The notes: generated by a model not told the origin, from the sequence alone. A DNA stretch of 63,235 nt, filler included, from Reticulomyxa filosa (GCA_000512085.1; 27 parts of 27 records of this genome joined end to end with filler, not necessarily neighbours in it), one strand, 5' to 3'. Shown: positions 25,385-38,312, counted from the first letter of the whole stretch. A program made the numbers and translations.

Positions 25385-26156
25385 TTATAACGTTAAAAAA
25401 AAAAAAAAAACAACAAAACTTGAGCTCCAAATCAAATCCAAGTACTCCGAAGGAATGATGTCCAAGTTAAGTGTATGCCGCAGACGAGTGAGGGCGAAGG
25501 CGCGCTTAATGTCTGTGTAGGTCTGCTCGTCGCCTGTGGAGACGTACGTGGTGAGTGCGTCGAACGGACGCGGCTGGCCTTTGGCCGTGCGGATAAGCAG
25601 ATTGTTGAGCGAGTCACCCATGTCGCTCAGCACCAATGTCGTGTTGGCCGTTCTCTGCAACAGGTTCTGCGAGTGCACGTGCGTAATCAGATACGAACGA
25701 AATCCAAAGTATACCACCTCTGGCGGTGTGCATCCGTGGAACAACAACGCGTCGCTCCCTGCCAGACGAAACACCGTCGGCTCGTTGAACAAACTTGTGA
25801 ACGAAAACATCGCGTAGTCGCCCTCTGGGTTTGGAAATGGCACTTGCGAGGCTTGCGAGTTATTTATAAATCTTAACTCACCTTCTTCGGCTACATAGCC
25901 TTCTACCAATAACAGTTTTAGTACCTTTTTTTTTTAATCAAAAAAAAAAAAAAATTCTTTTGTTGCCAGAGTTATCACAAAAACAATGTTCAGTTTTATT
26001 TTGGTCCTTTTAAAAAAAATAATTCTTTTTTTGAACTCGGTCCATTTCGTCTTGTGACTGTGCTTGCTTGCATTGAAGCACGCCCTCCACTGCTGTTGGA
26101 AACAAATGAGGAACAACAAATGAAGACAACAGGCTATAGGCCAGAAAAGAGATCAT
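25385..26156 (-). CDS. Putative secreted protein of unknown function (CTPP..YFGFRSYL motif), 5' part with an intron near 25925-26030
   Basis: Exon 1 from ATG 26156 (MISFLAYSLLSSFVVPHLFPTAVEG..., hydrophobic leader). Exon 2 is the relatively GC-rich 174-aa ORF. Confidence 0.65.
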
Positions 26157-26468
26157 GGTGATTTTGTGGAGTGATTTCGTATCACCTCTAGGATTTTTTC
26201 CATGAAGAACTCTTCAAAGAACGTCACACCTTTTTTTTTTTTGAGAGAAAAAAAGAATTAGTTACTGATGTGTACTTGTTTTATGTTTTGCAAACAAATC
26301 TTTTTTTTTATTGCTGCTCTGATGCGATGGCGGAAGGTTTTGTTATGATCAAAAGAATTTTTGTTTGTGATCTTCCTTTAAAAATGGATTTATTGTGTTT
26401 TAAAGAATATAATATTGTATTTTTGGGATAAAAAATGTTGACCCTTTTGAATTTTTATTTTGCAAGAT

Positions 26469-27402
26469 TTATTTTAATTTTGCCAAATCTTCCAATGTGA
26501 TGATTTGCACTCCTTGTTGTACGAGTTTTTCATTCATTTCTTTCTCCGAGTTCTGTTGCATATCACAAGTGTTATTTAAAAAAATGGACAAATGAAACAA
26601 ATAAAAATAAATAAAAACAAAACTGGAGCAACCGAAGCCGAGCAGTCTTTGATCACAAAGGCTTTGAAGCCCAAGTTGACCCCATCGATGGCAGTGAAAC
26701 CAACACAATAGTCATAGGCAAGTCCGACGCAGTAAATTTCATCAACACCTTCCTCTTTTAAAATATCCTCCAATGCGGTTTTGCTTTTCTTGTCATTGTC
26801 TAAAAACGCACTGTAGCTATCAACACCGGGGTCCATTCCTTTCAACACGATTTTATCCGTTTTTTGTATTATTAAGTCTTTATGTATTTTCGCACCATCG
26901 CTGCCTTGAACGCAATGGTTTGGCCACATTATCTTTTTTTTTTTTGTTGTTGTTAAAAAAAAAGGGGACAAACAATTTCAAATAAAAAAAAAATTCATAA
27001 AATAAAATTTTTTTTTTTGAAATTAAACTTGGGCTTCCCCGTTTTCGAGTTTGCATGGGTGATATAATTTGGCTGTGGCGTCCCTTTTGATGTTATTGGA
27101 TAGAAAACTACTATGGCTTGGGGGGTGCCAGTCCATGCTACAACATACCACGTCAAATTTCTTCCCATATTTGGTTCGTAACTCATTGATCTGACTGACA
27201 ACTTTATCCCCTCCGTTCACTGCTAACGACCCTTTTGGGGGAATAAAGTCGTTCTGGACGTCTACTATCAATAATGCACGTTTTCTATATTAACCAGTTT
27301 TGAAAGTAAACCAAACACTAACAAAGTATACTTTTTTGTTTATTTCAATGACACAAAATTTTTTAACTTTTTTTTTGTTTTTTCGGCAGGTGCTTGAGTC
27401 AT
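26469..27402 (-). CDS. PNC1: Nicotinamidase/pyrazinamidase (isochorismatase family), 4 exons
   Basis: ALLIVDVQNDF..GSLAV..G, DWHP..H.SF, WPNHCVQGSDGA, KG....DSYSAF, VGLAYDYCV. Introns at ~27285-27368, 26933-27028 and 26553-26623; the latter two join in frame. Confidence 0.96.
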
Positions 27403-29471
27403 TTCAATTGCTTAAAATTTCTTACACTCAAGAAAACTAAAAGCAATATATTTAAAAAAGTTCAATTGAATCTTTTCGCAAGTTTTTTTAACGTGCGTTT
27501 GCTGAGTTTTCTAAGTAGGTAAGACAGCACAACTTTCAATATATTTAAATCATAATTCCTTTTACCGACTTTTTTGGTCAACATTTCACTGGTGCAGATT
27601 GGTAAACATCATCAAAAATTAAGTTAAAAAGCGACAAACAAATAAGAATTGATATATATTTTATAAAAAGTTATTAATGTGTTCCTAATACAATTCAAAG
27701 GATGTTTAAAATATTTAGTAGTGACATGTTAAGCAATAAACTCTTACTTAAAAAAACAAAACTTTAAATAAAAAAATAAATAAAATCGTAAAAGTAAAAC
27801 ATGTAAAACCACACGACATATTTACAAATGTTTACGTTCGTGACAAATTTCTTTTGTTTTTTGCTTTCATTCATGAGAAGTTCGGTGCAGTTACGTTGAC
27901 TAAATTTTTTTGAGCGAACTTTTTTAGAATAAACTTTTTGCTGGCATTATTCGAGATTGTGGTAAACGACAAACTTATTTTAATATAATTAGGTTATTTG
28001 AAGTATGTTAACACTTTTTTCGGTAATAATATCTTGCGAACAGTTTTAAGTTGAATTCAGTTTGTAATAATAATAAACATAAACTGAACGTATATCAATG
28101 AATGAAGTAGTGCTAACTAATTGATTTTGATGTGTTTTTAGCTTTATTGAGAAGAACTGAAACAAAATTATCGATAATACATGTTGTAAAATATGTATTA
28201 TTCGATGTACAAGTTTTAGTAAATTTTCCAAGATTAAGTAGTAATTGGCATCAGAAAATAGTAATAAAATAATAAAAACAAATAAAACAAGTTTTGCAAA
28301 GAAAAAATTAAAAAATTGAAAAAATCATTAAGTAAAGTATATTGCAAAAAACTACAATACATTAGTGGCAAATCTATGATATAATCGATTTTCTCAATGA
28401 AAAATAAACATTTAATCATTTTTTAAAAATATTTACAAATCTTGTAGTTTAAATGTGAAATTTGTTTTATAATAATTTTTTCCTATGTTGATCAAAAACA
28501 TTATTTTTTTAAATGATTTTTTAACATTTTGCAAGAATGCATTTAAATCGAACATGTATTGACAATAAGCAATTTTTAAATCTTTTTGCTTCTTTTTTAG
28601 GACCCTTCAAGCCAGAGATACTTTTTAAAAAGAATTAACATTGTATCTTTCGTAGTTTTTTAAAAAATTAGACAGCTTTTTTTATTGTGAAATTAAATTT
28701 AGCTTTGCAATTTTATTTTATGTAAAGTTCTTTTACTTTTTATTTTTGTTAACTTTTCATGCTTAGTTTGATAATTTTTAAAGTTATTTGTTTCAATCAC
28801 TTCAAGACAATTTTATCTTTGTTTGTATGGAAAGTCCATATTATAAGTATCTGAACGTCAAGTGAACTGAGTAATCCACAGTAGGTTAAATTTCATCAAC
28901 AACTTATTTCTTACTTTNNNNNNNNNNNNNNNNNNNNNNNNNNNNNNNNNNNNNNNNNNNNTTAATTAATTAANNNNNNNNNNNNNNNNNNNNNNNNNNN
29001 NNNNNNNNNNNNNNNNNTAAGTACAATAAAAACTTGAAGACAATCAACTTTTTAGAAATTTTGAATAAAACTTACCTCTACTAGTTGAGTTAAGGCTTGT
29101 TCATGATTGATAAGAGCTGTCATTTTGCAACTGCTTTTGTTTTTTTGCTTGGATCGTCTTCAATGATGTAAAATGGAAAAGTTTAACTTTTTTTTTTCAA
29201 GTTCAATGAAGGGACTTAAAAACATTCGTTTGTTTTGTCGATTTGAAACGTTCTTTATTGACTGAGGAAATTTTGAGAACGAAATGAAATAATGTATATA
29301 ATTGGTGTGATTGTCTGATGTTACTTCCAAGGGACCCCCACTCCAGACTCGGATGTGAAGGAGGGGGGGAAAAAAAAAAAAAAGAAAAGCGGCCTCTTGC
29401 CACTGCACACTTCAAGTATTCACAATAACAGTTGAGTGCAATTTCACAAAAACAAAGCAAAGCAAAGATAT

Positions 29472-31720
29472 TTAAGTAAAAGGACTAGGAAGGGAGTCTG
29501 AGTCCTGTTGATTATGTTCAACTTCAAATGGGTTAGTCGATGGTGCTTGAGCGTTGGCGTTGTTTTGATTGGGACGAGATTCGGCGACATTGTCTTGATT
29601 ATTGACCATAGCCTCCAAGGCAATCATACCAACATTGTCAGACTCTTTTTCGGGAATGGAGATGTCAAGATCATTGTCTTCCATGGATTCAAATTCGTTA
29701 TCATCAGGAACATTTTGCAATTTCTCATGGCTGACATTGCTCTGGTCCATATTGACAATCACCGTTTGCTCTTTGTTATGAACTTCTTCTCGTCGTTCCT
29801 CATCATGAACTGGTGGAACGATAATTTCAATTTGGTTTGAAGCTGCGGGTTTGGCATTTGCATGTTCGTCGTGGTGACTTGGCTGGATCTTTTCGAGATG
29901 TTCCGTCTCTGTATTTTCCAAAATGGATATATCTCCATTCATTAGCGTTTCCTTTGCACGCTCTTGTTCTTGTTCTTGTTCTTGTTCTTGTTCTTCTTCT
30001 TTTGCAACAGCAGCCTTTATTAACATGGTCTGGTTATCATTCGCATGCACTTTGTCGCCAACGCCGATCGCATCACTCTGTTTCCTGCCATTGTCCCTTT
30101 CGACTTTGTTGTCATGATCCACCACAAAGTCGTTTAAATTGAGCGACATGGGACGAGCCAGTTCGGCCTCGGAAATTTCCATTTCCGGGATTTCCATCAT
30201 TGTCATGTATTCTTCATCTTTGGTTCCCTCTTTTTCTTTTCTTTTTCTTTTGCATTTTTATGTTCATTGTCATTATCATTATCATTATCATTGTCATTTG
30301 CTTTCAAGTGTTGGATATCGCTATCGACAATGACAACAGAGTATTGTTGGTCTTTGGACTTATTGTTGTCGATGACGACCACCTCTTCCAATGGGGCCTC
30401 CTTTGCCTCACTTGCACCACGAGGCATGTCCAAATGCTGTTCGTTGATTATTGAGATGTTGACACGTTCGATTTCTTCGTCGTTTTGTGATGACGCTCTC
30501 ACGGTCGCATTGGGAACGGACTTGTCGTCCGACTCTGCTGTTGCTGTTGCTGTTGCTGTTGCTGCGGATTGCTCCTTCTCCTCGTCTTTGCGGTCGTCGC
30601 TGTCCTCTTTGTCGGCGTCAAACGGGGCGGCAATGTCGAGTTCCTTTGCTTTGCTTATCGAGCCGTACGCCAGACGACTCGTTATTGATACGACTTGCGT
30701 GCTGGGGTCCACCGCGTCGTGTTCGGGACTGCCTTTTGCTTTGACATCCAATCTTCGGTCTTTTAGCATTTCCATCGTTTCTGGAAGCGTCGTGTCCGAT
30801 ACCGTGGTGGCAACCGTATCTTTGCGTGCTCTCGTCGATTCGCTGCGATTCCTGTTGTTGTTGTCGTCGTCATCATCATCGTCGTCGTTGCCAGCCATAA
30901 GTCCGTCCATGTCATCTCTCTTCCGAAGCGCGTGAGAGGATAGCTGCGACACAATGATTGGAGATGCCACTGTTGCTGTCGCTGTTGCTGTGATTATTGC
31001 CGGAGTTGAAGCTGATGCTGGTGCCGATGCCGGGATTGAGGCTGGCACTGGCTTGTCTGCTCGATGAGGCGGTGCTGTCGCGGATCCGCTAATACTGCCG
31101 ACAGTCGCTCTTGTGCTGCTCATGCGTTCATGGCCTTGCTCATTGGACGCCGCCGGCATTGGCACTGCACTTGGATGGTAAGGATCCACTCTCGTTTTCT
31201 CCGCCGCTGCCGCGGGTTTATCTTTATCTTTGTCTTTGGAGTTGTTGAGCGAGCTTTGCGTCATTTGCGACTTTGAAATCTGACTGTGATATCTCTCGTG
31301 CACTTGCTCGCTTAATACCGGGATTTCAATGTCGTCGGATGAGTCACTTCCTTTGCGCTTGCTTTGCTGATTGTTGATCTTTGCTTGAGAAGGTGGTTTT
31401 TGAAATGACTTTTGTTGTTCGTTGTTATTATTATTATTATTATTATTGTTACTATTATTATTATTATTACTATTGTTATTATTGTTATTGCTATTGTTGA
31501 CATATCTCAAAGCGGTAGGCTGAACAGGTCGTGCCACTTCTTGCTGCGATCGATCTTCTGCCAATGGCAAGTTCAATCGCTGTGCCTCGATGTCATCGCT
31601 GTCGTCCTCTCGTTTTTCTCCGGCGCTGTGAGCGGTGTCTGTGTCTGTCGACATTGGCAACGCGGGCAGTGCGGGCAGCGCAGAAGGGGCGTCGTACATG
31701 TCATCATCATTCTATCGCGT
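29472..31720 (-). CDS. Large intrinsically disordered hypothetical protein (poly-N, D/E/A/T-rich); homopolymer frameshift near 30230
   Basis: The 498-aa and 244-aa ORFs abut, and the frame GTKDEEYMTMMEIP bridges them after an A-run. Confidence 0.75.
31423..31495. repeat. (TTA)n-type microsatellite encoding poly-Asn on the minus strand
   Basis: Direct observation of ttattattatta runs. Confidence 0.9.
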
Positions 31721-31855
31721 TCCATATGTTGTGTGTGTGTGTGTGTGTGTGTGTGNNNNNNNNNNNNNNNNNNNNNNNNNNNNNNNNNNNNNNNNNNNNT
31801 TAATTAATTAANNNNNNNNNNNNNNNNNNNNNNNNNNNNNNNNNNNNNNNNNNNN

Positions 31856-32855
31856 TTCCCTGCAGATCGACTCACAACAATAACCAACTATAATCACCTA
31901 AACAAAATTATCAGCTGCATGGAAGGTGGCAAAACAGCGGTGATGTATAATCTCGAAAACATACATGAAAGTTTGTATGACATGTTAAATCAAAGGTATC
32001 AAAAGAGACCCTCTGGTCAACCCTATTGTCGAGTGGCTTTGGGCAGCGAAAGCAGAGATTGCTATGTCAGTGAAAATTTTAAATTGGTTGTTATTGTTAT
32101 GAAGTCCGTCGCCTACTCTCCGGAAATGCCCATTGCGTTTTTAAACCGCTTTGAAAAGCAGCTTATTTCGTACGAAAGTTCATTGCAGCCAAAAGTTCGA
32201 GCGCACATACAAGAAATGCGAGACAAACTTAGTCAAGCGTTTGGGATGAGAGGAGGCCAATTGAGTGATCTGTTTCCTGGATTTTGTGATGATACCATTC
32301 CCTCGGCACTTTGCATATTGGCGGAGGAACAGCACGACGAGAAATATGATGAACAAAAAGTAGGGAAAAATGAAGAGACACTTAACCTCACAGACATAGA
32401 ATTGAAGATGTTAGAACTGTTTCGACCAATGTGTCGACCGGAAAAACTCATCGAATTGGCAATTCAAAAAAAATATCGTCCCAACGATGATCCAACACAA
32501 CCAGAGCATTTTCCCACTCTTGTATTATTTAAAAAAAAATAATATCTTTATATGATCTATACATATCACAAATACTTTGTATGTAACAGAAAATGACCGC
32601 TGACGGACATCACGACAAATTTGCTAAGCAAATGCTGATGGTGCTGACACTGGACTTTGAATGTAATCTTGGCAAAGAATGGCATGCAGATTTGTTAAAA
32701 GTTGAGGACTATAATAAGGCAAGCGACTTTGAGAAAGCCGTGGAAAGTTTCTTCAATCCTAAATCAAATAAAAATCGATTACTGTTGCAATATCGCTATG
32801 AACCGCAAAACCAGACACAGTTTATCCAAATCAAGCATATACTCCAAAAAGCTCA
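31856..32855 (+). CDS. RNF213/mysterin-like giant AAA+ ATPase, internal AAA-core fragment (probable intron ~32522-32590)
   Basis: FPAD....NHLNKIISCMEGGKTAVMYNLENIHESLYDMLNQRY...YCRVALGSESRDCYVSENFKLVVI...MPIAFLNRFEKQ. This parallels the RNF213 segment as I recall it (FPKD...RVKICMETG..VLLLNLQNLYESLYDALNQYY...VDLGLG...CRVHPNFRLIVI...FPIPLINRLEKH). Confidence 0.88.
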
Positions 32856-33094
32856 NNNNNNNNNNNNNNNNNNNNNNNNNNNNNNNNNNNNNNNNNNNNT
32901 TAATTAATTAANNNNNNNNNNNNNNNNNNNNNNNNNNNNNNNNNNNNNNNNNNNNAGATTGTATTGCATTCGAACGCAAGATCATCTTTAATTTTTTTTT
33001 CTTTAAAGCCTTTGCACAAAGAGAAAGATGTCAGACTACTCATTGCTTCATCTTTCACTTATCACTGATTTTGGTCATTGCCATTAAACCCAAA

Positions 33095-33630
33095 GTGAAA
33101 GTAAGTTCAAGTACCTGGATCAAAATAGGTCATGGCACAAATATTAAGAGAAAAACAAAATAATTACTTGTCAAACAAAATGGAAGACAAATTAAAATTT
33201 GATTAAAAAAAACTGTCAATCAAAATTTGTATTTTAGATTGTTTCAAGCAAATGAAACATTTAACTTTTCCTTCCAGTTGCGAGGTTTGAAAGTTCCTTG
33301 ACAGCTTTCATTCTTGTATCAGGCTCCCATGACTTGTCAGGTTCGATATCTTGAAGTTGAAATGCGATTGCTGCACACCATACATTTTTAAGTCCTTGAC
33401 ATCATCTCATTTCCTTCGTTGGTCCAGCGTCTATTCCATTGGGAAGTGAAAAATGGATTTAGGGACTGCATGTTGAAAAATAGAGCGGTTTATCTGGCCT
33501 GCAATGCAGAGCTGGTTGATCTATTTAGGCTCTGAATCTTGCACTCTTTGTCACGATATCTACTTGATTGTTCTCAGAATGACCTTTGATCCAATAGATT
33601 TCACAATAGATGAGATTTCATCTTCAACGA
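33095..33630 (-). mobile_element. Second, more deleted copy of the 3' end of the LINE at 1095-2700
   Basis: Collinear nucleotide similarity: gtacctgga..aaaataggtcat, ttttccttccagttgc, tcaggttcgat.tcttgaa and ttgatccaata.atttca occur in both copies. Confidence 0.8.
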
Positions 33631-33711
33631 GCTGATAAAATTAAAAAAAAAAATTATATATTGATAATAAGCTGAAAATCTCACAAGATTTCAAGTATCT
33701 CGAAAAACTTC

Positions 33712-33950
33712 GTAATATAAAAATTTTTTTTATAGTAGCTGGATTTTTGTGATACTGTGAGAGGTGGAAGTGCTTTTAAGCTTATAGCGTACTTGTCATC
33801 AGTTTCTCCTGGTAACTGAGATAGTAACTCTTTTACTGGAAACGGGAGACTTGAGTGAGAGAGTATCGATCATTTTTTAGCCTTAAGAGTGTTCGATGCT
33901 TTCGGGAAATTAGCATTCTCGAGGCAAATATCAGTCTTTTGTGTTTGGCA
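33712..33950 (-). repeat. Unclassified interspersed repeat, copy 2
   Basis: Reverse complement aligns to 11360-11712, which carries an extra ~95-bp insert. Confidence 0.85.
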
Positions 33951-35906
33951 GAACTCCGAAGGTCGGGTAACTTCTACTGAACTTCGGGCAAAACCAAAAG
34001 CCACTCGATGATAACAAGGCTTGTGAAGGCGATCAGAACGGCCGAGGTAAGGTGTTTTAATCCTAACCGGCTCTACTGCAAGCTTTTTTTTTTTTTTNNN
34101 NNNNNNNNNNNNNNNNNNNNNNNNNNNNNNNNNNNNNNNNNTTAATTAATTAANNNNNNNNNNNNNNNNNNNNNNNNNNNNNNNNNNNNNNNNNNNNCTT
34201 TTTTTTTGTCACGTGGCCCTTGCAAAAAATCAACTCATTTTATATTTACTTTTAAATATTAGCAACATTTAAAAAAATGACTCAAAACCGAAAAAATTAA
34301 GTAAGCAGATCATTATATCAATAACATCACTCTTATCGACTTTTAAACTGAATTAAACAAGTATTATACATATCAAATTGAAATCTTTGGTCGTTTGAAT
34401 AGTGCCCGATTTGCGGCTCGTGTTTGTTTCTTGACGTTGTTCCTCCAAGTAAACAGAAAATTTCGTCTTTCAAGTGCTAACAAGGAAACTATTCTTTATT
34501 ATCATTCTATATTCCATTACAATTTTACATTGATTAAAAATATATTTTCTATTTTGATATCAAAGAAAAGTGACAAATAACATTCTCGATTTTGATAAAG
34601 AGAAATAGCATATACCATAATTATCTTATGTGAAATATACTTTTTATTTTAAGAAAATTTCTAAACAAAAAAAATGTTACATTATTTACTTTTTGATTTT
34701 TATTTTTTAGAAAATGTAATGTAAACAAAATTAAAATAATATAAACTATTTTGTTTAAATACCAAAAACTCTTTCAAATAGAAAAATATGGTATAAACAA
34801 TTGATCGAAAAAACAAAAAAAAGATAATAATAATATTTTTTGTAAACAAAGTTATAATGAATGTCATGCTTGATAAAAAAAAGAAATATTAAAAGATGGT
34901 TTGAGACTAATTTATAAAATAAACTTTTACAAAGAAAAGAATGAATATTACTTACTACATTTTGCAAGCACAAAAGGACCTACTTATACTATCATGAAAG
35001 TAAAAAAAATTTTCTTTTTTTGCAGAAATTAACAACAAAAAAAATTACGTATAATTACTTAACTATTGTTTTTGATGAAACGAACACAAACGGGAATGAA
35101 ATCATTCTTTTTCCTCTTTCGAGACTTTTCACTTATGTAATTGAGGGAAAAAAATTACTTTTGTAAAATAGCTCAGTAATAATACAAAAATTGATCAAAT
35201 GAAAATTATATTTGATCACGTTCTGAAAAATATGCAGGATAATATGAAAAACACTACCTTCGAAGTTTGAAGATATCACTTTTTTTTTGAAAAAGTATAC
35301 GTTGTGGATTTTTATGCACGAACCTGAAATGATTAGACCAGTTTTTTCTTATTTAACTTCAGCTCTCTTACTGAAAATTTTCTTTAATAACATTTTGAAT
35401 GTCACAAATCAGTGTTCTGCTTTTAAAAAAGATACTTTTATCCAAATGTACTGACAATTAGTATTTCATCAGATCAAAAACTTATATTCAATCCTTATAA
35501 TGATATTAAATATATACACATTAAAAATTGCTTACAAAATGAACAAACAGTAATAATTTCAAGAATTTTGTAGAAAATTCGAACACAAGTTTTTTCTATT
35601 AACAAAAAAAATCCTTGGTAGGTTTTTCTACTCCAATAAATAATACTTTTTTTTTATTGCAATTTGCAAATGTATTATGCAATCCCTTTTTCGCATTTTA
35701 AGATATTTTAGTTTAGAATAACACATAAGACGGATGATATGAACCAATAATAATTATGTAATTATTTTAGAAATGGAAATGAATGCAAGGTACATGATGA
35801 AATAAACTCTAAAATAAAAATAAATATTAAAAGATTATATGTTGAATAGTATGTAATATTATATAAATAATATACTGTATATTTAAAAGTTTATATATAT
35901 TTTTAA

Positions 35907-37200
35907 GATTCTGCAGCAAGGCTCTTTGGCTATGAAAACTTTGATTCCAAAGCATTGTGAGTATACTTTGGGGAAGATGACCAGCGATTTTAAGGACCCT
36001 TTTCTCTTAATTTTCTCCAGAAAATGGAAATTCACATATGTTGAAACTTAAGTTCAGCGGGATCAGCAATTGCAAACTTTACTTTCACAGACCATGTTGT
36101 ATGTGCTCAAAAATGATGAATCGAACACTTGGTTGCGCAACGCAATTCGACGTGCATTTGCACGGTTCCAGTCCCTCACTCAAAAAAATGGAACTAGTAA
36201 CATACAAAGATTGATAACTTTATTTGAAGAATCGGCTGAGATTGTGGAATACCGAAAAGAAATCATTTCGAGGCTGAAGCAATTCTTTGAAGAAAAAGGC
36301 GCACTATCTGAGCCAATTGCGCACATTTTGAATAAAAAAAGAAATTACAAATCCTGGCAACGTAGATGCATTATCATTAGGCTGTTCCTTTTTTGAAAAG
36401 TACAAAAATGTTATCGACAGATTATTGGCCATGGTTTGCATGAATATTTTGTCAGCATTTTATGAAAATTGTTATTTCCAAGTTAATTCTTCTTTTTTAA
36501 TTAGTAGAACCTAAAGAAAATCTACATAAATCATTACACATAATGTGCACGCCAAAAAAAAAAAAAAGATATTTTTGATGTAGTTGAAAAAAATCACGAC
36601 GATTTGTCACAATTATTTGTGGAAGTTGTAAAAGATACTTCAATGGTGACAATTCCTCGGTTAACAGATGTAATGCAGAGATTAGTAAGCATCGAACCGG
36701 ATCTACGTGTTGTTAATGTCAAATATGAAGCCATGTTCCCATGGAGCCACGTATTACACAACTGGCGTCACTCCAAATTGGCCAGTATTGTTGCTCAACG
36801 TCTGGTTGAAAAATCGAACGCAACTTTCCATCAGAATGAAGACGAAAAAAAGAGTGAAAATGGGGATGAACATGAATATAAGTATCAACATGAAAATGTT
36901 GACGATAATGAAAACGAAAATAAGACTAGATTAGAAAGCCATCATAAAGTACTTCAAAGCTCCATTTTGTTGAAAATGGTAATGGATGGAAATGAAAATG
37001 CATTGAAACATTTAAATATGTGCAACGTCGAACATTGTCAAATGTATTTAATGGATGCCATTGCAGCCAAATATAATTTGAATCAGCAACGTAAGGCTGA
37101 AGTTATTGCAGACACTTTATTTTGCATGATTTCATTATCCAATTGGGAAGTATCCGTTGAGATGATTGAGGCCATCTTATACGTTTTGCCTGATTTTTTT
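35907..37200 (+). CDS. Probable RNF213-like protein, region following the AAA core; introns and frameshifts present
   Basis: Hidden frame NVDALSLGCSFFEKYKNVIDRLLAMVCMNILSAFYENCYF, then DLSQLFVEVVKDTSMVTIP and AMFPWSHVLH. Order and spacing parallel recalled RNF213 motifs DALQEAGTFR, DLWMFIFSDTMLLNIP and VPFSWKI. Confidence 0.55.
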
Positions 37201-37300
37201 NNNNNNNNNNNNNNNNNNNNNNNNNNNNNNNNNNNNNNNNNNNNTTAATTAATTAANNNNNNNNNNNNNNNNNNNNNNNNNNNNNNNNNNNNNNNNNNNN

Positions 37301-38312
37301 GTACTCCACTTCTTCACAACTCAAATGTTTTTTTCCAATTTGCAGTGTCAATCCTTTATACGTTGTGTATTTCAATTCTTCTTTTTTTTCTTCTTTTGCT
37401 TCTTCGTGGTTCTGCTTTTCACATATTATGTGACAATCTTCAAACACCCACTTTCCAATCTTTCTTACATCTTTGAATACGTGAGATGCTACTGATGATG
37501 AAATAAATGTTCTGTGCTGCGGTAGCAATTGCGAGTAATTGATTGTTAAACTGCTTTCTAATTGACTCACAAAATTGGAAGTATCATCCGGTAATTTTAG
37601 CAGTGCCATGGCCAAAGAGGTAAATGTTTCAAAGTGTACCTTCCATATGCACTCGGACATGACCAAGTGCACTTGACGTAAGCTCTCCTTCAATGGACAA
37701 AAATCTTGCTCCAATACTGTCATATCTGTCAATAATGGATTGGCTAACAATTCTGTAAGAGCTTGTTCGTTTTCATAAATCAATTTCAAAATTGCTATGT
37801 GCTTAATTGCATCCCCTACATATTCTGTGCAGTTATCGTACAATTTGGCTGCGTTTTCAATTACTACGTTTTGCTTGTTACAAAGCATTTCATTAATTGC
37901 TGCCAACTTTTCTTCAAAGTCTTGCCATGTCCTATCCTGCTTAATGTTGGATTTCTCTTTGTGATTTTTTTGAATTGTTTGTGTCGCTTGTTTCAATGCT
38001 GTCCAACCTTTATTTGCTGCTTCCAATCGGCTCGCTTTTTCTGTTTGCTCAATTTTACTTTGCAGTACTTTATCAACTTTCTCTTCTTTCATTTCTGGTA
38101 TCAATATGTCCATTTCCAATTTCCAATTTACATTTTCAAACCATCTCATATCAGCAAATTGTAATGTATTGTCTTTGATCGCCTTTGATTTTTTTTATAA
38201 AAAAAAAAATGTATAAAAAATAATTTTTTGTTGTGTGATAATTCAAAAAAAAAAAAAAATAGATAACTTTGGATAAATGCTCCCATGTTTGATTCGCACT
38301 CTCAAATACGTT
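37301..38312 (-). CDS. Helical protein fragment, possibly the RNF213-like N-terminal stalk
   Basis: Long open frame. The end (KDVRKIGKWVF...GLTLQIGKKHLSCEEVEY) weakly parallels recalled RNF213 AINQRGIYVI...LHL...YSLEEVKE. Confidence 0.45.
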
